Of a DNA stretch of 64,000 nt, positions 23,290-37,100 are shown one piece after another (the first letter of the stretch is position 1; every line of letters starts with the position of its first letter). Source of the DNA: Mytilus edulis (taxonomy: Eukaryota); contig NC_092347.1 in the NCBI RefSeq assembly GCF_963676685.1, positions 37,882,001 through 37,946,000 on the forward strand, read 5' to 3'. The translations under genes and the position numbers were made by a program. The notes beneath the pieces are model-generated. The model did not search any database, was not told the DNA's origin, and saw nothing but the letters and a program-made list of their open reading frames with translations.

Positions 23290-26042
23290 GGGTGTTGCTA
23301 AACGGCGGAAACGGAATACGGAACGGAAACGGAAACGGAAACTGAAAGAATTGACATCTTTTCTTTTTGGTTATCTCATCTAAATAGGCATGTTTTATAA
23401 AGTATAACACATGTTTACAAGAAAGAAAAACAGAGGAATAAATCTAAAATAAAAGATTTTAGAGCATAAAGTATTGAAATAATTAGCAGGACATATAATG
23501 ATGAGACTGAAATACAAGATCCTAGGCTAGATCATGCATACGTCGTTTATGTGATTCAGGAAACGGTTCGACTTTTCTTATTTAAAAAAAAAGTTGAATA
23601 AATGTCAATAAGATAGTTACCCAACAGCACAAAAATAAATTTACATATGGCCAAAAAGATGGACATTGGCCTCGATTCTATAGATAGGTTGTGAAGTCAT
23701 ACATTTTGGGGAAAATGCTTTTCATCAATTTTTTCTTTTGTTTCATTTTCAATTGTCTTGAATTTTCCTGTGGTGTTTCTTGTTGGGCCTTGTTGCGTTG
23801 TTCTGCATTAGTGATTTTCGTTGTAACTTTTCGTGTATAATGGAAAGAAAACTAAAAAGAAACCTAATGGGACAATGATGTAAGGACAACAACCGATAAG
23901 GAAACCCGGGAACTAGAATAATATAATCTTTATTTTTATGTAGAAAATAATTAAATTGACAAAATCGCTTACTATAAAAACCTTTCTCACCCGATTACAA
24001 TACTGAAGTACGCTGTTTGGTATTACCGTCGGAAAAGCAAATATGCAACTCCTAGAATTTAAAACTAATAAATACGAATTGATGTGAAACAAGTGGCGGA
24101 AAATTAGTAGCCTACATGGATATACGATTTGCACAGTTTCCTTACCAATATAGTCGTAGTCATGTCCTATGCCTTTCAAACTCCAAATGTCCACACTAAG
24201 TCAGCTTTAAATATCATACCGCTTAATTCTTCTCTGAAAAATCAGTCCCTCTCAAGGAGCCGTGATTTTTTTCTTCATTTTTCCAATGGAAAATAGTGTC
24301 ACTCATTCAGTATGATGTTTTACTATTATTTAAAACATTTAAAGATAGTCGAAAGATACCACAGGGACATTCAAACTCGAAAGTCGAAAACAAACTGGCA
24401 ACGCTATGACTAAAAACACAAAAAAGACCAAAAGACTAAAAAAACGAATAGACAAACAGACAAACAATAGTACACAAAACACAACATATAAACTAAACTG
24501 CGATATTTACTAAAAGCATTGATGATATTATAATAATCCAGCCGGTTACGCATTATGTTGGAGCATACTATATGTAAGGGCATCTTAGAGAGAATGCATA
24601 GGGCAAATGTACAAACGTCTGCTGTTCTCCATTCATCAGGTATTCAGCTGGTATTGATGATTGAATTTGTTGCAAAATTAGTAAATAATGATAAAATGTT
24701 TAGCCGCTAATTCATGATATATTTTTTAGACATTCTATGGCTTATTTCTGTTGGCCTTCATACTTTTGATGTATTGAGTCCATATTCTAATTTTCTTTCT
24801 TTCTCGCCCTACTTAATTTATTATGTCTTTTCATTTTGGATTAAACGGTTTATTTAGTGGTAAAATTGAGAATGGAAATGGGGAATGTGTCCAAGAGACA
24901 ACAACCCGACCATATAACAAGACAACAACAGAAGGTCACCAATAGGTCTCCAATGCTGTTTTAATATTTAGGCTATGTCTTCTTAATTAATGTAATTATA
25001 TAAATTGAATTGTTCATTCAGTGTTTCTGCTCTGTCATGTTCGTTTTCTTCTGGTTTTAGTCTTTAGTGGTGGTATACTTTGAGAGTTCTTTTTTTTAAT
25101 CTGACCTGGCCCTACCAAGTTAGCTTTCACGTCACTTGACGTCCGTCGTCCGTTTTCGTCTTTGATAACTTTTCCAAAAATGTTACAAGCACATGTCTTA
25201 ATGGAAGTTTTTAACAGTTTTTGTTAAAATGCAATGCAAGTGCTGTCTATTGAAAACCTCTATGAATAGCGAAAACCTGATGGTCATATGATTTCTAATA
25301 TGAGTTATCACCCTTAATAACACATTTTACCACTTTCCATGTTTGCCTTTAGTATAGAAAAATATAAAAATAGTTAAAAACTATTAATTGCAAAAGTTAC
25401 CAGCAAAACAAGATTTACAAGGAGGTCAAAATTTCCGGCGAAATCATTAGTCGACTCGTTATTAGAGTCTTCGCTCTTAATGATTTTACCGATCATTGGT
25501 GTTGTTACCAAATATCTTGAAAACTATATATAACCGATAGCTAGAAACTATTGAAACAAAAATAGTCAGCAAGACAAGATCTACAAACAAGTTAATATTT
25601 CCGTTATAGTAAGTAGACTTTTTAAACTAATGATTGACCTTAAATGACGGACGACTTTTCATCCTCTCTTGTGTTTTGGGTAAAAACTAAAGAAGATAGA
25701 AAGATTTTTATCATGAACTATTCAAGTCTATAATCACGGTTGGGGAGTTCCTGTTGTTTAAGATGCACAAAAACCTGGATGAATGGCACGTGCTCTTTCT
25801 ATCATCTTCAGTGTTTTTTAAGCTAATAATGTTATGTATTTCCAAAACTGTTTGCTATATTTTGATATCTAGCTCCTATTCTATTGTCAACATAATTGTT
25901 GTGTGATTTCATTTATACTTCAGTCGTTAATCATTTTCGTAGTTCTTTCCATTTCCCCCTTATATTCCGTCCATATAAATATTTCTTTCCGTGTCCGTTT
26001 CCGTTCCGTTCCGTTTTCCGTTTCCGCCGTTTAGCAACACCC
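23290..26042. mobile_element. Non-autonomous Mutator-like (MULE) TIR element, 2.75 kb
   Basis: TIR GGGTGTTGCTAAACGGCGGAAACGGAA versus TTCCGTTTCCGCCGTTTAGCAACACCC. 10-bp TSD TGTTAAAATG (23280-23289, 26043-26052). No transposase ORF. Confidence 0.8.
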
Positions 26043-26289
26043 TGTTAAAATGTGTACTGAAATATTCAAGTAATTTGGGAGAAAAAAATAAAATAAACCT
26101 TGTGTAATTCACAAAATGTTATATGAAATATAGACACACACTAAAAAAAATAAAAAATTCCCAAACAGATATGTTAAGTTCAAAACTAAATTCAAATAAA
26201 GTTATACAATACAATATTAATTTATAAATAGACCGGATATTCTTTGCTGTTTCCTAAACCGATTTAAGTAGCTAGATTTACTTTTATAA

Positions 26290-26344
26290 AGGGGAAGCAA
26301 CTCAACGCGAGATATCTCGCGGGATTTCTGAAAAAGAAGCATAA
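26290..26344 (+). promoter_or_regulatory. Candidate TP53BP1 promoter and non-coding first exon
   Basis: Perfect 16-bp palindrome CGCGAGATATCTCGCG (26306-26321), resembling paired TCTCGCGAGA promoter motifs, followed by a donor-like AA|GTAAGC at 26345. The first coding exon has an acceptor at 34090 upstream of its ATG. Confidence 0.45.
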
Positions 26345-26676
26345 GTAAGCGAAAAATTGGTTTTCTTATCAATTTCTTCACATAGATCATCTTCTACCAA
26401 ATATTGAATCTGAGGAGTGAACATTTATCTAATGATTCATTGTATCTGCAATTGACAATTTGATCAGAGCCTTATTTCTGCACGATAGACGAAGAGAAAG
26501 TAACAAAATCGTTTATGGTTATTTATGTTTTTTAATCAGAACATGATAACATTCATAACTTTAGACAATGACCAAAATTGGAAAAAATGATTTTTTTTAC
26601 ACAGTCACCTACGAATTTACTCTAAGTACGATCTTGTGAATCTGGAAGATTTTTAGGCATATCTTTCACTAGCCTG

Positions 26677-29600
26677 TATGGCAAGCCAAAGTGGACAAAA
26701 AGAGGGGTGCGACTTTTTACCCCAACATACTCCAATAGGCCTATACCTCAAAAACAGTTTGAACATAATATTATTGAATAATAATATCATTTTAGGCATT
26801 TCCATGTTATTTTAACACCAATAAACTTTATTTTATAAATATATTTAATTTTAAATCACTTTTTTCATTGAAACTTGTTCCGTTCCTGTCAGCCGCTTAC
26901 GATCACAAAATTACTTTTTACCCCAATATACCCCAATATTCTCCAATAAAACGTTTCAGCACAATATTCTTGTTGTGAAATGATATTTTACCCATATTTA
27001 TTTTAAAAAACAACCCTATGCACATTTGTGTGTGTTTAGAAGCTTTAAAACTATAGTTTACTCGAATAATGATAATGGTAACACTAAAGACCAGAACGGA
27101 CCTGAAAATACACAGGGCAATTTTTAAATTGCTATTTCTGTTTTACTCCTTCAAATTTAAGTTTTATTCAATAAAATTTGTATTTTCTTAATCAAATTTG
27201 AAAAGTTTTTCATACAGTTGTATGTAGATAAAATTAGAAATATTTTACTTATGTTTTGAAATATTTTTTCAATTTTGATTTTTGATTTTTTTTTCTCATA
27301 TTTTTAAAATAAATGTCTCAAATAAAATTTGAAAATGTTCTCTTACATGAAATTAGATTTTGAAATTTTCATTGAACAAATTATGTTTAATAATCACATG
27401 TTTAAAATTTACGTAAACTTGGAAGGATCAGAAATTACAAAGTTGGTAGTTTCAATAGATAAACTTCAAATTGAAAACTTGTAAAAAATAAAATTTGTTA
27501 AATTCTATTCATCTAGATGAAAAAATATTTTTCTGATGCCACAACTCATGCCTGAATGGGGAGATTCAAAGACTTGAATGGACATCAATCTTACGGTGGG
27601 GTTCATTTTAACTGAAGAACTATTTATTCAATAGATTTCTTTCTTATTCTCTGTTCCTTATTATAAAGTCGAGGCTAGTCATTTAATTAAAATCAACCAA
27701 GTTTTAAAAGAATTAAATGTTTGTAATATAAAAAAAAACATGGACCTTAACGATAACATTATAAGACATCAAGACCAGAAATTCTGTATATTTTAATTTT
27801 TTTTCATTTCTTTATCTTCATAAGTTATCACTAATTCCAGACCGACCGGGCAAGGGTTGTAAAGCCAGTCAAGGTCGTTAAAAACTTCCATTTGTTGTCT
27901 TATTCCAGCCTTTAGTTAGGACTAAAATTGAGAAAAACATATTTTTAGATACATGTAGGAGGTATATCTTAAAAAGCCTGAATATTCCCGAATTGTACAT
28001 GTATCTACAATTCTGCAGATAGCATATTAAATATTTATTTGAAGAAGAAAAAAGTCTTATAAGCCAACACTCTTCTTCTTCTTTAATATAGTAGTTAAAA
28101 AACTCAATAAAGAGTATTCAATACGTGTGTGTTACATTGTTAGTAGGTGCCGAATGTCGATTTACAATTAAAGATCAAAGATAAAAAAATGTGGTGCAGG
28201 ATAAAACATTTCATCATCTATGTAATCAATGTCTTGAAAACTTCTATATAGTTGGAGCTTTCAGTGTCGAATACAATAATTTATTCCAGGCTATTACTGT
28301 TCTCAGAAGTGAACTGGGAAAAGGAAAAGGCCTAAATGTTTCTAAAAATATACAGGTAGATTTATTGAAACTTGTAAAACTCTTATATGTTCAATGGATC
28401 TTCTGCAAAATTGGATTATATTAAAGAAAGCGACTGTCGATTTATAAAATGAAAAGATCTGAATGGCTCTTAAAATTGAAAAAAATATATACATACAAAT
28501 AAGAAGATGTGGTATAATTGTCAATGAGACAATCTTTCTCCAGAGACCAAATATTGTATAGACATGATAGAAGCTGGGAATAACCCATTGGTGGCCCTCG
28601 GCTGTTGTCTGCTCTATGGTCTGGTTGTTGTCTCTTTGACACATTCCCCATTTGGGCAAAGTTAAAATAAATGGTTCCTTGCATATATAGCAATATTTAT
28701 CAACTATGATGATAATTTGATTGGATAAATTGATTTCAAATGATGTGGCTTTATGTGTAGAATATTCCTGCAAAACATCTTCGGAAAATCTCAAGTATTA
28801 AAAAAATTATGTTAAAAAAAGATGCCAAAATTGTCAGGAGTGCAACACTTTTTTGTGACATTTTGAAAAAATACCTTTTTTTCAAGACAGCAAATTGTTT
28901 AATGGAGTGATATGCCTTAAATTCTTATTTGTTTTAAAACTGTTATATCTTAGTAATCATTTTAGCTCAAAATGAAGCTTTTCTATTGAACCGTTTTGAT
29001 ACAGATGTGTTTAAAAAAAAAGGTGTGCCATGTCAGGAGTGCAACACAAAAATTAGTATTACTGAGAAATGGAATGAATTTTGCTCAAATGACTCACACC
29101 TAAACATAAACAAAAGTCAATACTGTAAAACAAATGTTAAAATATAGAAAAATAAAGGTTTGGCAGGTAGGTGAAACTTACATAAATGAAGAGATAAATG
29201 AAAAATGAAGAGATTGAAGCCCGATTTATATAATTCCAAGGCCCTCAGTCGGCTCCAGAAACGACGAAGCAGTGCATCTATTTTGGGTGGGCAAATATCC
29301 ACTTTTTGATATGGGACGAGCTCTGACGTCCCACGGCCCCAGCTTGTCTGGCAAAACAGCCGTCGGACGTCAGAGTAATCTCGGACTATACTTGTGGTAA
29401 CATATTTTATTTTTGTATTCAATTATATCATTTAAAGGACAATGTACTATTCTTTTTTCACAAAGACCAACAAACAACCCCTCATTTGGAGTGTTGTTCC
29501 CAACCTGTTAAAGGTCCATCTTTGTGCATGTTGTGCATAATTCAAAATTGGAAATTTCAACAAGCATCTAATATTCTTACACAAGAAAATAAACCCTGGT

Positions 29601-32043
29601 CTGCTAGCTACATGTTCATCTTTTCTACCGATTTGATAACTAGAATCATGCAAACAGACTTAAGAAAAAGGCATGTAAGTTCATCATACAAATATTGACA
29701 CTTTTTCTAGACAATCCAGATCGTGCAAAATACTTCGCTAAAAATTGTAACCTTTAAAATTGTTGTCGCACACTAAAAACCCCTATGGGAACTTTCAAAA
29801 GTTGGAGGGTATGTAACAAGTCTTACTATTTTTATGCCCCATTTATGGGCATTATGTTTTCTGGTCTGTCCATCCGTCCTGCTTCAGGTTGAAGTTTATG
29901 GTCGAGGTAGTTTTTGATGAAGTTGAAATCCAATCAACTTGAAACTTAGTACACATGTGTTCCTTATTATATGATCTTTCTAATTTTACTGCCAAATTAA
30001 AGATTTTACCTAATTTTCACAGTCCACTAAACATAGAAAATGATTGTACAGATGGAAAATCCATGACACATTCTTGTTTGAAGAAAAAAAAATACGTCAT
30101 AACGATAATGGAACAAAGCTTTTATGGTAATTCAAGTAACCTTTTATTCACCTTCTTCCACCTCAGAGCTATCAGCTCTTTGATTTTAAGGAAATTTTGC
30201 CGTTTTTGGTTAATATCTTGAATATTATTATAGATAGAGATAAACTGTAAACAGCAATAATGTACAGCAAAGTAAGACCTAAAAATAAGTCAACATGACC
30301 TAAATGGTCAATTGACCCCTTAAGGAGTTATTGCCCTTTATAGTTAATTTTTAACAATTTTCAGAAAATTTGTAAATTTTAACTAACTTTTTCCACTGTA
30401 ACTACTTGGCCAAGTTTATTATAGATAGAGATAATTGTAAGCAGCAAGAATGTTCAGTAAAGTAAGATCTACAAACACATCACCATCACCAAAAGACAAT
30501 TTTGTCATGAATCCATCAATGTCCTTTGTTTAATGTTCACCTAGACCAAGGCGAGCAGCTCTAGTTACATTGAGCAGGAACTTATTTGTACTGTTCCCAG
30601 CATTGAGTAGATTCACAATATTACTTCCATGATTCACTGTAACTATATTTATCGGTAAATTTCATTAAATTCTTTGACAAAAAAAAAAACAACACCTTTC
30701 TCTGACATGGATTTCCCTTTACGAGCTTAAAAATTGCCATAGAGTAATTTCATGGATGATTCATATTGACCATTTTGTATATGTCCGTGTTCAAAGCTAT
30801 ACGTACATGAAGGACAAATTATTTTGTTGAATGAAATCAAATTCTAAAGGGTGCCGTAGGAGGACCACTTGAGTGTTGAGCAAGAATTTCTTGGCATGTA
30901 ACAGATCGAAATCTCTGGGTTATGATATTTCATGTATATTTTGAACACAGGGAGGATTTATTTACCCGGCATCTTTTGCAAAAATAAACATAAAAAAAAT
31001 TCTTCCATGAGACATCGGACTTTATGTTTTGAATTGTAGTTCCACTTTCCATATTCGGTGTTTATTCTGAGTCAAGTGCCTGTGCGGAGACTCCAAGTAG
31101 ACAACATGCATGTGTATAACGGCATATTACCCTTTTCTTATAAAATGATTAACGATTGTTGCCTGTCCGGTACATAAAAAGATCGGTTAGAAAGCAAGGT
31201 TTTAATTTTACTTAGATGGGAAAGCTTATTTCAAGGTTGAAAATGGAGAGTGCAAAAAAGGGGGGTTAGGGTGTTCCACTGGGAATATTTTAATTTCATA
31301 AACGCTACATTTGAAAGGTTTATATATATTTTTTTATTTAATCTTTAACTACTAATGGATGTTGAAGGAGTACGTCCATCAGAGTTTTGAGCAAGGATTT
31401 CTTGGCGTATGTTGGTCCAAGAAATGTGAACACACAAACCTGACCCACATTGAATTTCTGCTGACTAATGTCCTCACTGAGTGAAAGATACCCACATTTT
31501 ATTGACATAAAAGAAACTTTCAATGTTAAATATATAAGGATTATTACTTTAAAAAAATATTTGAGATTTTTTAGGTTTGTTTGTTCTGGTTTTTAGTGAA
31601 ACCTTCGTCAATACATGAATAAAGAACGTTTTAAAAGCTTCTAAATGCACAAAAAATGTAAACAGTGGTGTTAAATTTTCATATATCTGCATGTTATATC
31701 ATTCCTTATCATTGAAATTGTATTGAAACTGTTTATTCGAGCCTATTTGGGTACATGTATATTGGGGTAAAAAGTCATTTGTGATCGTAAGCGGCTGACA
31801 TGAATTGAACAAGTTTCAATGCAAAAAGTGATTTAAAATTAAAATTATATTTATAAAATAAAGTATTATTGGTGTTATAATAACCTGAAAATGCATAAAA
31901 TAATATTGTTATTCAATAATAATATGTTGAAACTCTTTATTTAGGTATATTGGGGTAAAAAAGTCATGCCGCAAAAAGAGCTATTTTTTAATGATTTTCT
32001 AATGTTAGAAAATAGCTCTTTTTGTCCACTTTGGCTTGCCATA
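26677..32043. mobile_element. 5.4-kb IS3EU-type TIR element with about 260-bp inverted arms and nested HINE/SINE-like fragments
   Basis: Ends TATGGCAAGCCAAAGTGGACAAAAAGAG and CTCTTTTTGTCCACTTTGGCTTGCCATA. 6-bp TSD AGCCTG (26671-26676, 32044-32049). 26715-26930 is an inverted copy of 31757-31965. No intact ORF. Confidence 0.85.
29829..30080 (+). mobile_element. Short Helentron-associated (HINE/DINE-1-like) element
   Basis: TTTTTATGCCCCATTTATGGGCAT hairpin start, GTCT/GTCC microsatellite, CATTCTTGTT end. Confidence 0.55.
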
Positions 32044-32318
32044 AGCCTGGGCTCCTGACTACTCAGACGGGCGGCTAGATATTGGGCCGGGATACCAGGC
32101 TTATCATTCACTAGCTATATATAGAGATGTAAAAGCCCAAAATATGCATTATGTTTTCAGCATGAGAAAATCTTTTTTTTTACGGTTTTTCATCACTGCT
32201 AACATGGCCAAAGGTGTTGTCAAAATAATTATGACGTCTTAACATTTGAACTGTATAGCTAGTTTTTTCCAAGTCTTGTATTTTCTACTGTGAGACAAGC
32301 CATTTATACCAGGAAATA

Positions 32319-33413
32319 CGAATGACCGAATAACACCGTTATTATCTGAATAACACTTGTAATGACTGAATAACATTATTTTTAATATTAGCACATATTG
32401 GTGACTTTTAGACATTGATTATTAAATAATATTATATAAAAAGTGTATTTGATAACTTAAAAATTATTAACAGCAAGCAGGTAAATTCATAATAAAAGAT
32501 CGTTTTAAATATAACGTGACGGTACCCAAATTGCACCTATTTTGACAGTTTTTTCACCTACGTTTTTTATGATCAAGTAAAATATGTCCATACTGTGTTT
32601 ATTTTGTAGCCCTATCCTTCTTCATTGTATAGGTACACTAATTTGATTTTTAATCCATACTGAGTCCATAAAAAAATGGGTTTGAATCAACCTCCAAACT
32701 ATCCAGGATTCTGTAATGAGGAGTACCCAAATTGCATCCATGCTTAAATTCACATCGTCAAAAGTCTAATAACCGAGCTTTTGTTTAATTTCTTCAAATA
32801 TTTTGAACAATTGGATATTAGTCCATGCTTACTCTTCATATTTTACAAAATGGATGCTTATAATATATTGTTTTTGCTAATTTTAAAAAGATGACGTTTT
32901 GATGACGTCGTACAGTGACGTTTTCGAACATTTTGCTTTTTCAGTAAACAGTCCATCTGTTGATAAATACTGTGAACGTTTTGTGTATATCTAAATATGT
33001 TTACCTATGTTGAAAGACGTGCATAGTATCAAATCAAAAAAATACAAATTGTTTAGTCTCTGGGAAATGTTACAAGATTTCCGTTGCTATTTTTTCTAAA
33101 TAGGTGCAATTTGGGTACCCTTACGTTAGTGTCAATAAGTGTGTACATCCAACATGGCGACCATGTCACATGGTATATAGGGGTTATCCTTGGTTGCCAT
33201 GTTGCATGTAAAAACTTATTGACACTATATTTATAACAATCTTTATGAACTTACCTGCTCTTTATATATATCCTTTTTAAGTTATAAAAACCTTTATTAC
33301 AAAAAAATGTATATACTATTATTGAATAATCAATTGTTTAAAAGTCACTAGTATGTGCTAATATTAAAATTTCAAGTGAAGTTCAGTCCTTACAAGTGTT
33401 ATTCGGTCATTCG
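32319..33413. mobile_element. Foldback (almost fully palindromic) MITE interrupted by a TA-flanked MITE
   Basis: CGAATGACCGAATAACAC versus GTGTTATTCGGTCATTCG. Inner arms AATATTAGCACATATTGGTGACTTTTA / TAAAAGTCACTAGTATGTGCTAATATT and GTGTCAATAAGT / ACTTATTGACAC. Confidence 0.7.
32514..33126. mobile_element. Tc1/mariner-pogo-like MITE (TA TSD)
   Basis: TA|ACGTGACGGTACCCAAATTGCACCTATTT versus AAATAGGTGCAATTTGGGTACCCTTACGT|TA. Confidence 0.75.
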
Positions 33414-34122
33414 AGGTACTGATTTATACCTGGTATCAAACTAGACCAGTGACAAAGCCTTGTTTATTTCAGTATCAACAGATCAATGAAATATGAAACT
33501 TTATTTATTAAAAATTTAGCAATGTTAAGCACAACTTCATATTGTTTGACAATGTATATATGTTACAAACAATGTAAAGTTCCTATTGTCATTGGGAATA
33601 ACACTGAACTTTCTTCCTCTTACATTGAACAGAGCTCTCATTACATTTGCTTGAGTTAGTAAAGATTTAAAACATCATGTATTACAGTGTGTTCCTTGGA
33701 CCTTATGGTGGTACCAAACACCTTGCCTAAAAATAATTTGGCTTGTTTAATTTTCATAAAATTTTGACAAAATATTTACTTTGACTCTTTGACAAAAATA
33801 TTAAAATTTCAAAAACTTGGAACCATACTATATCGTAAAAAAGTCATTGGATATATAGCAATTTCACAAACATTAATTTTTGATTATTGATAAACTTTAT
33901 ATTTTCACAACAATAGAACATGATTAAAACGTTCAGCTGATTAAAAAAAGAATTGCTACATGTATATCAAACTTGAACTCTTTTTGAAATACAGGACATA
34001 ACACTGTGAACAAGTGTACAATGTATGCATGCACAATGTAATTACGCATTATATAGTATGCAAGTTAAATATATCTAAACTTTTTTTCAGATATGTTGAA
34101 GTCATGTTAGAGTTAGATTGTA

Positions 34123-37100
34123 ATGGAAGATTCAGATTCAAATGGTAAAGGATCTCCTTCAGATCCTGTTAAATTTATAATTATGGATTCACAGTATGAG
34201 TCAGAAGATCCAGATATAATGCATCTTCCAGCCCTACAGCAATCAAAAGTAATTTTAAGTTCCAAATTACTAGTCTGACGGTACCTTTATTTGTGTCATT
34301 TCAAAAACTATTGTTATGCATCTAGTAAAATTAAATAAGTAAATTTTATTACACATTGTGATGTATATCATTTATATAGTATGATGACTAGGTCATAGTA
34401 TGAAAACAAAGTAATTGTAATCAATTGGAAAAATCAATAACAGGAACTTTGAACTTAATCATGTTAACAGTAGGATTCATATACCAAAAAAATGTACAAT
34501 TGAATAAAAAGACCAGGTAAAGTCACAATTTGTGTGATTCATTAAAATATGCAAGTATCTGGTACATTATTTACATGTTCAGTTAGATATTTGCACACAC
34601 TTGCCATGAATAATCACACATAACATTTTAAAATTATAACATGTATGTATCAGTTTAGAAAACAATTTGGTATTTGTAATGACTTTTTAGTTTGTTGTAT
34701 AATGTTTTAACAATGTTATGGTATATAATAATTTTTATAGGTACAGTCACAGAGAGGGAAAGACAGTCAGTCCAAGATATTAGAGAACCTAACAAAAACA
34801 ACTATAGAACAGAGTAAGCTATACACCACAAATCCCATTGATACAGGTTTTACCACCCATATCTGCTGAAGTTAATATAAACCTTTATTATTTGTTTTAG
34901 AAATGTTGAAAACATAGGCTTATTTAATGTATGAGTAGTATGTTTGTATAAAAGAATAACACTTTTAAGTCTCATTAAAAAAACAAAAACAGAATGTAAA
35001 CACCAGTATTCTGTATGATGAGGTAGGCAAGGGTGGCAGGGATGCAAAATTTTTGCCCTGCCTGAGCTGTATTGTATATCACCAACATGTTTTTGTTGGT
35101 TTAACTTTATTTGGGTCAAAAGACAAGTGTAAGCAATTGTCATTAATACTGTTTGTATGCATGTCATCCATAAATATTGTAAATTTCTGTGATAATCACT
35201 TTGCAAGTTAGAAATTAATATTTAAAAAATAGCTAACTTCTATACATGTACATTGTACCATCATTGTTACTTTGTTTTTTAAAGTGTATTTGAGGTTCAT
35301 TCAACCATATTCTTTTAATTAGTAAAAATGTTTATCCTACTGCATAATCATTATATCTGCAGGTCATGTGTAAATACCTGAAAGGATTTTGCATTATCAT
35401 GCCTCTTTTCAAATTGAGATGATTTCATCATTTTTTTGGGGTAAAGCTGTTGTCTTTATATTACAGAAAGTGTCAATGTTTTAGTATCTGATAGTGAATA
35501 TGACAGCCATGGAAAATCTTCAAAAAGGAGATCAGCAAACTCTTCAAGGTGATTATCTAAGTCAGTGTTACATGTTATTCAAAGTTCAAGTACAGTTGGC
35601 AGAAAGCTCAAAAATAAACTTTTTTACATATGCAAGAAATTTAAAAAAAAGCAGTTAATATTTGATATAACTGTGTAATACATCCTATTATATTGAATAA
35701 TTAATGTCCCTTTGAACTGTATAGTTGAATAATTGAATGTAACTTGACAGGAACACATGTTTTTTTGTTTCATGTGCATACACATAGAATACTTTGAAAT
35801 AGTTTCACAAGTACCAAATTTCGATGAATAAGAGGGGGAAAAAAATGTGGATACTTAATCTCTGTTTTAAAAAAATATTCTACATATTGCTATAGGAAAT
35901 CTGTATTTTTTTTGTTTGAAACGTAAATCTTGGTTCCATTTACTTATGAAATTTCTTGAAATGCACCCCACACAAATGACACTAATACATTTTTTTATTG
36001 TTATTAGTGACTCTATTATAATGATTGTTGAATCTGAAGACCAAAGTGTGGCGGAATCAGAAGATCAAATGGAAGTTACAGTGATAGAAAGAAAAGGTAT
36101 AATTACACTCAAACTCTTAAAGTTGGGGTTATATTGCATTCACCTTTGAAAATAGGTTAAGGTTGCTCGGGCCTATTTGAAGTTTCTATCAGAAGTGCCG
36201 TATTTCTTGTTATTTTATTCTTTATAGAAAGTTAATCAAATTGGTTGAAAAAAAATAGGGGGTCACGGACCATTTAAGCTCAAAACTTTACTTTTAAACA
36301 GGTATGTAAAAGGGACCATTTTCAATGAAATGATAGGGAAAATAGAGGTATTGACATATTATCTGAATGTCAAAAAAACGTTCCATGACACTTGGTCCAA
36401 AACCGTAATATAGCTTCAAAGAATGAGCCAATAAAAAACATAGGTCACGGATAAGGGAAAAAAATTATTTTGCCTTCAAATCCAAATTTTGGAGGGAAAA
36501 TGGGTGAAATGTCATTTTGACCCTTTAACAAATATGGATAATAACGAAAATATTCTATTAGTCACATAACTACAATGATTTAACATTTTAAATCAATCAA
36601 AATATTTAAAACAATTATATCGAATTTACGACAAATACTTTTGTAATTCATGCGTGAAATTATTAAAAATGTCCTAGATTACAGATTACTGTCGGTTACT
36701 GGGAAAAAATGTAATCAATTACAATCCATTACGAAAACAGATTACGATTACCCCATCCCTGCTCATTATTCACTGTACAAAAAAGTATTTGACCACCAGT
36801 CATAGTTGAGATATTTCAGTGCCTTCCCAGGGGCAGGAAGCCATTTATGTTTTATTGAACAAAACTTAGTAGATTAAAGAAAAAGAGAATATTAAAATAT
36901 CCAAGTAAAAATTAACCTTGTAAGAGTTATTGAATAGAAGGATTTAGTTCTTAGTTGTTTTATTTTAGATTTTGTAAGTTGTGTCTGAAGTTTGTTATTG
37001 TCTAAAATTTTCATTTTCTTTCAGCTGAATCTAGTAAAGGAGTTGAAAGAGAAGAAAAGTCAGATAGTGGTTCCAGGTAAAATTAGTTAAAAGCATAAAC

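Noticed and set aside
29321-29375. 11-bp inverted repeat CTCTGACGTCC/GGACGTCAGAG
   Set aside because: Real but has no TSD or second copy here, so no identity can be assigned.
27500-31550. Possible transposase remnants inside the 5.4-kb element
   Set aside because: Only short broken frames with no DDE motif I can support; needs TBLASTN.
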